A stretch of DNA of 63,562 nt, filler included, from Stramenopiles sp. TOSAG23-2 (taxonomy: Eukaryota): NCBI GenBank assembly GCA_900128395.1. It is 13 parts of 13 records of this genome, joined end to end, with 100 filler letters (N's around TTAATTAATTAA, not from the genome) between each part and the next. Parts side by side here need not be neighbours in the genome. Positions count along the whole stretch, not along the records: positions 62,278 to 63,562 come from LT653265.1; 12 more parts are not named here. One strand, 5' to 3'. The notes beneath the pieces were generated by a model. It saw only the letters and a list, made by a program, of their open reading frames with translations. It did no database searches and was not told the DNA's origin. Positions 62,278-63,562 of this stretch are shown here, in pieces (within the stretch, counting starts at the first letter, position 1; every line of letters starts with the position of its first letter). The position numbers were made by a program, and so were the translations under genes.

Positions 62278-63562
62278 ATTATTACAAATATGATGCTAAT
62301 ACACGGTGCAGGTGGCCATGGGAACGGTTCCCCTACAGCTGGTGGAGCGATCAGAGTACACGCAGGAACTATTTTAATATCAGATAGTGTTATTACTCAT
62401 TGCACGGGGTTTGTGGGGGGTGCTTTTTATATTCCTGGTGGTGATATAACCATATTGAATAGTGTAATTTCAAATAATATAGCAGGAGTCAATGGAGGTG
62501 CATTTTTTGTGGAAGGAACTAATACAAAGTTGAAGATAGATAATAGTAGAATAACTGGGAACGTTGCTTGTTACTATGAACTTGGTCATAAGGGCGGCGC
62601 GTTTTGGGTTAATACTGGTGCTGCTGTTACAATATCCCATAGCACTATATCTGAAAATTATGCCAGTCGCGGCGGAGGTTTGGAAATTACAGGGGGAGAA
62701 GTAAAAATTGTGCGAACTACAATAAAGGATAACGATTCACCGTTTCAGCAAAGTGGGAATGGTTTTCGTGCAAAAGCAAGTACTACAGTCTACTTAGTTG
62801 CTGTGACGATTAGCGATAATATAATATTCGAAGGTTCTAGCCATTCGTTGATTCGAATAAATACAGATAAAACCAGTGATATTACAGGTACTATTACAAA
62901 TGGGCCAACGCCACAAACTTGCGATCAAGTTAGTAACACGATCTGCACGGACTTCGGTTACCCAGGAGAAGATTGTACAGCCGCCAATGACGCTAGTATC
63001 GAAGGGGNTATATGTATTGGTAATATAACTTACCCATTTATAAATTCAATTGTATCGCCTGATTGTGAAAATTCAAATGGAAATCAATATCATTTAGATG
63101 GATGCCCCGCATCTGGTTTCTTACCAATTACCATAAATGGCTTATATTTTACCCAAAATACTGGCTCGATTAGTGAATCTGTTCAAATCGGTAATGTATT
63201 CTGCAGCATAGTAGCATGGACGTCCAATCAAATCAATTGTACTTTGCCTAGTGTTGGTGGGCTAAATTTAGTAGTAAATGTCATGGCAAAAAATGGTAAT
63301 TCAAATACACAAACAGAACCAAAGTATTTGTCATTCAATCCACCTATAGTGAACACAATTTCACCAAATCCGAGTACCTCCTCAGGAGGAACTGTTACGA
63401 CGTTTACTGGCATGAATTTTGGAGCACCGGCATCACTAATTACGCTTTCAATCGGTGAAGCCTTATGCACGGACTTAATATGGAATAATGGCACGTCTAT
63501 AACAGCAACAATCCCAGCAGGGAGTGGAAAGAACACAGTCAATTTACATGTAAATGGACAAC
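62278..63562 (+). CDS. Internal fragment of a Pmp-like repeat + IPT/TIG surface protein (open at both ends; absent from the ORF track)
   Basis: Frame 62278 reads IITNMMLIHGAGG..AGGAIRV, GGAFY, ISNNIAGVNGGAFF, then TIG-like PIVNTISPNPSTSSGGTVTTFTGMNFG. Confidence 0.8.
   Translation, partial: MITNMMLIHGAGGHGNGSPTAGGAIRVHAGTILISDSVITHCTGFVGGAFYIPGGDITILNSVISNNIAGVNGGAFFVEGTNTKLKIDNSRITGNVACYYELGHKGGAFWVNTGAAVTISHSTISENYASRGGGLEITGGEVKIVRTTIKDNDSPFQQSGNGFRAKASTTVYLVAVTISDNIIFEGSSHSLIRINTDKTSDITGTITNGPTPQTCDQVSNTICTDFGYPGEDCTAANDASIEGXICIGNITYPFINSIVSPDCENSNGNQYHLDGCPASGFLPITINGLYFTQNTGSISESVQIGNVFCSIVAWTSNQINCTLPSVGGLNLVVNVMAKNGNSNTQTEPKYLSFNPPIVNTISPNPSTSSGGTVTTFTGMNFGAPASLITLSIGEALCTDLIWNNGTSITATIPAGSGKNTVNLHVNGQ

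Overview
This is not a contiguous locus. It is 13 separate eukaryotic contigs (ten of 5.83-5.87 kb, then three of ~1.29 kb, in decreasing length) joined by identical artificial 100-nt linkers (44 N + TTAATTAATTAA + 44 N), so adjacency across linkers has no biological meaning. The DNA is AT-rich, gene-dense and intron-poor. It uses short GT-AG introns, the standard genetic code and many poly-Asn tracts. It looks like a flagellated protist, plausibly a stramenopile MAG/SAG (inference). Recognisable genes: SHMT, a mitochondrial carrier, 3-exon phosphoglucomutase, a Rif1-N-like protein, acylphosphatase, a C2HC zinc-finger protein, LYRM9-like, a PG-rich (SHIPPO) repeat protein, a cNMP-binding protein, a sulfatase C-terminus, SMP-30/regucalcin, a PTEN-C2 formin, a 2-exon soluble adenylyl cyclase-STAND NTPase, an Rdx/EF-hand protein, syntaxin-6-like, an ankyrin protein and three Pmp-like GGA(I)/FxxN surface proteins. 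Many ~90-440 nt tandem duplications break reading frames and look like assembly or haplotype artefacts. No tRNA, rRNA, CRISPR array or transposase could be supported. Best leads: a recurring TACGAA-(N0-3)-TTCGTA palindrome in 3' intergenic regions of unlinked contigs, a formin with an intact CX5R motif plus four KMKKMGLP repeats, a Pmp-like receptor with a cytoplasmic EF-hand, and telomere-template-like motifs in an ORF-free 1.9 kb block.
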